A stretch of 64,000 nt of DNA from Haliotis rufescens (Eukaryota): positions 17,546,001-17,610,000 of the forward strand of contig NW_025963857.1 in NCBI RefSeq assembly GCF_023055435.1. Direction: 5' to 3'. Positions 62,391 to 64,000 of the stretch are shown in pieces. The notes under the pieces were generated by a model. It worked only from the letters and a program-made list of their open reading frames with translations. It had not been told where the DNA came from and made no database searches. The position numbers and the translations under genes are program-made. Position 1 is the stretch's first letter. Each line of letters opens with the position of its first letter.

Positions 62391-63628
62391 GGTCACCTGT
62401 ATAACGAGAAAATATATCAGAGCTCCGCGAACGAGATATCGCATTGAGGAGCCTCGAGTGTTAGCTGTAATCACGTGACAGCGTTTATGACTTCATAGAG
62501 TAATGACGTCACCTGCATTCGACAACCACAAGACAATCACCACAACGTCCTGTGTCGTTCGTGACTGCAGTCTCGCTAACATTTTACTGAGTGTCAACTC
62601 GTTTAGTGATCAACAATGAACCTGTCAGCCATCAGAAAACTCCGTAAGTTCCACTAGCAGACAAGCTGCCGTCTGGTCAAATAATCATTATATAAAATAA
62701 CTGAAATAAATGTCACTCTATGTGCACTCTGTCTCTGCTATTACAGTCTAGTAACGGGGTTTAGACAACTTCACACATTCCATCACAGGGTATTGTGACG
62801 TGTTTGTCAATTGTGTGGTACTGAACACTAGAGAAAAGCCTGTATGGGTTTTAGAATAAAAACCATATTTGTGTTTCAGAAGAGGATTTTGTTCTGGGTG
62901 GGTTTTACCAAACTCTGAAGTCACTCCCAGGAAGTTCAGGAATCATTGACAGACTTGGTATCTCCCAACTCTTCCTTATAACGAAGAAGGTAGGGGCCTA
63001 TTGTATTATTCTAAATCAGATGAAAATTTATACTTTTTATTTTATTTCTCTATGTACCGGTAGGTACAAGTTGTAATAAATATTTTTCTCTAGTTATGAA
63101 AGGAATCAGATATAAAAAGTTCATGGTGAGGCGAGGTTTAGTTGTCAGGTTACAAAGAGCGTAACGTGAGGTCCACTGATCGAAGAAATCACTCGTGACC
63201 AACTCGTCGTATTCCGGGACAAGCCGATTGTGGGTTACGGAAACATGCGAGTTGTGGCGAATGCGTATAGAAATAAAAGCGCACAAATTTGACCATTCGT
63301 CACCACTCGACTCTTTCCGTTACCTGCAAGAAGACTCGTCCCCGTATCGACGAATTTTATGTGCGAAAATACGACAAACCAATCAGAGTGCGCGTATGAC
63401 TTCAATTACTTCCATCAAAGAATCCCTCAGGAATAGTTTTTGATTTTACCCATGTCTTGAATCTACAAATATACCCGATACAGTAACATGTGTTCAATCA
63501 TACTGTATAAATACCGTAAGTCCCGATGTGTGTTAAATAGCATCTGGAATATATATGACATTGGAGAAATATACGTAAATTGTTATGCAACGAGTTGACA
63601 ATTCTTTTAACTACACCCGTTTGCGCTT

Positions 63629-63823
63629 TGGTTTGTTGTTAAACGCCGCACTCAGCAATATTTCAGCTATATGACGGCGGTCTGTAAATAATCGAGTCTG
63701 GACCAGACAATCCAGTGATTGATATCATGAGCATCGTTCCACGCAATTGGGATCGATGTCATGCATCAACCAAGTCAGCGAGCCTGACCACCCGATCCCG
63801 TTAGTTGCCTTTTACGACAAGCA
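63629..63823 (-). mobile_element. 5'-truncated short retroposon family D
   Basis: 10-bp TSD gtttgcgctt. Confidence 0.9.
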
Positions 63824-64000
63824 GTTTGCGCTTAGACGAATCCAAATCGCAACACTGAACCCAGAATAACATGAGTTGGTCACGAATGTAATTTGACTTG
63901 TCGCAGGTGAAAATGAGAAGTGTAAGAGAAATGGTCATTTATGAACATCTCTGAATAATGTAATATAAATAACGGAAGTCAGTTTAACCCACACAAACTA

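Overview
Eukaryotic, repeat-rich, intron-containing genomic DNA. It is probably from a gastropod mollusc such as abalone; this is an inference from the SINE families and gene structures and is not proven. Genes recovered by manual splicing: (1) the 40-nt first coding exon of a NuRD-recruiting zinc-finger factor (MSRRKQARPKSCK, minus strand, running off the left edge); (2) a predicted two-coding-exon ~726-aa low-complexity protein with a frame-preserved array of 23 eleven-residue units that alternate between SUMO-interacting motifs (IIDLT/AIDLT) and SUMO-acceptor consensus sites (LKSD); (3) a single-exon BTB/POZ protein; (4) a complete 9-exon CENP-N gene (355 aa, minus); and (5) a 3-coding-exon CMC2 gene (78 aa, plus), head-to-head with CENP-N as in human. 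The rest is four families of short retroposons (three tRNA-headed, one without a tRNA head), several minisatellites (two visibly born from SINE segments), MITEs with 5-, 6-, 8- and 9-bp TSDs, and decayed Tc1, L1/Tx1, DIRS and AcademH (RecQ helicase + transposase) elements. The best candidate for an undescribed system is the SIM/SUMO-site toggle array at 20315-21140. No database searches were run; family assignments come from recalled motifs.
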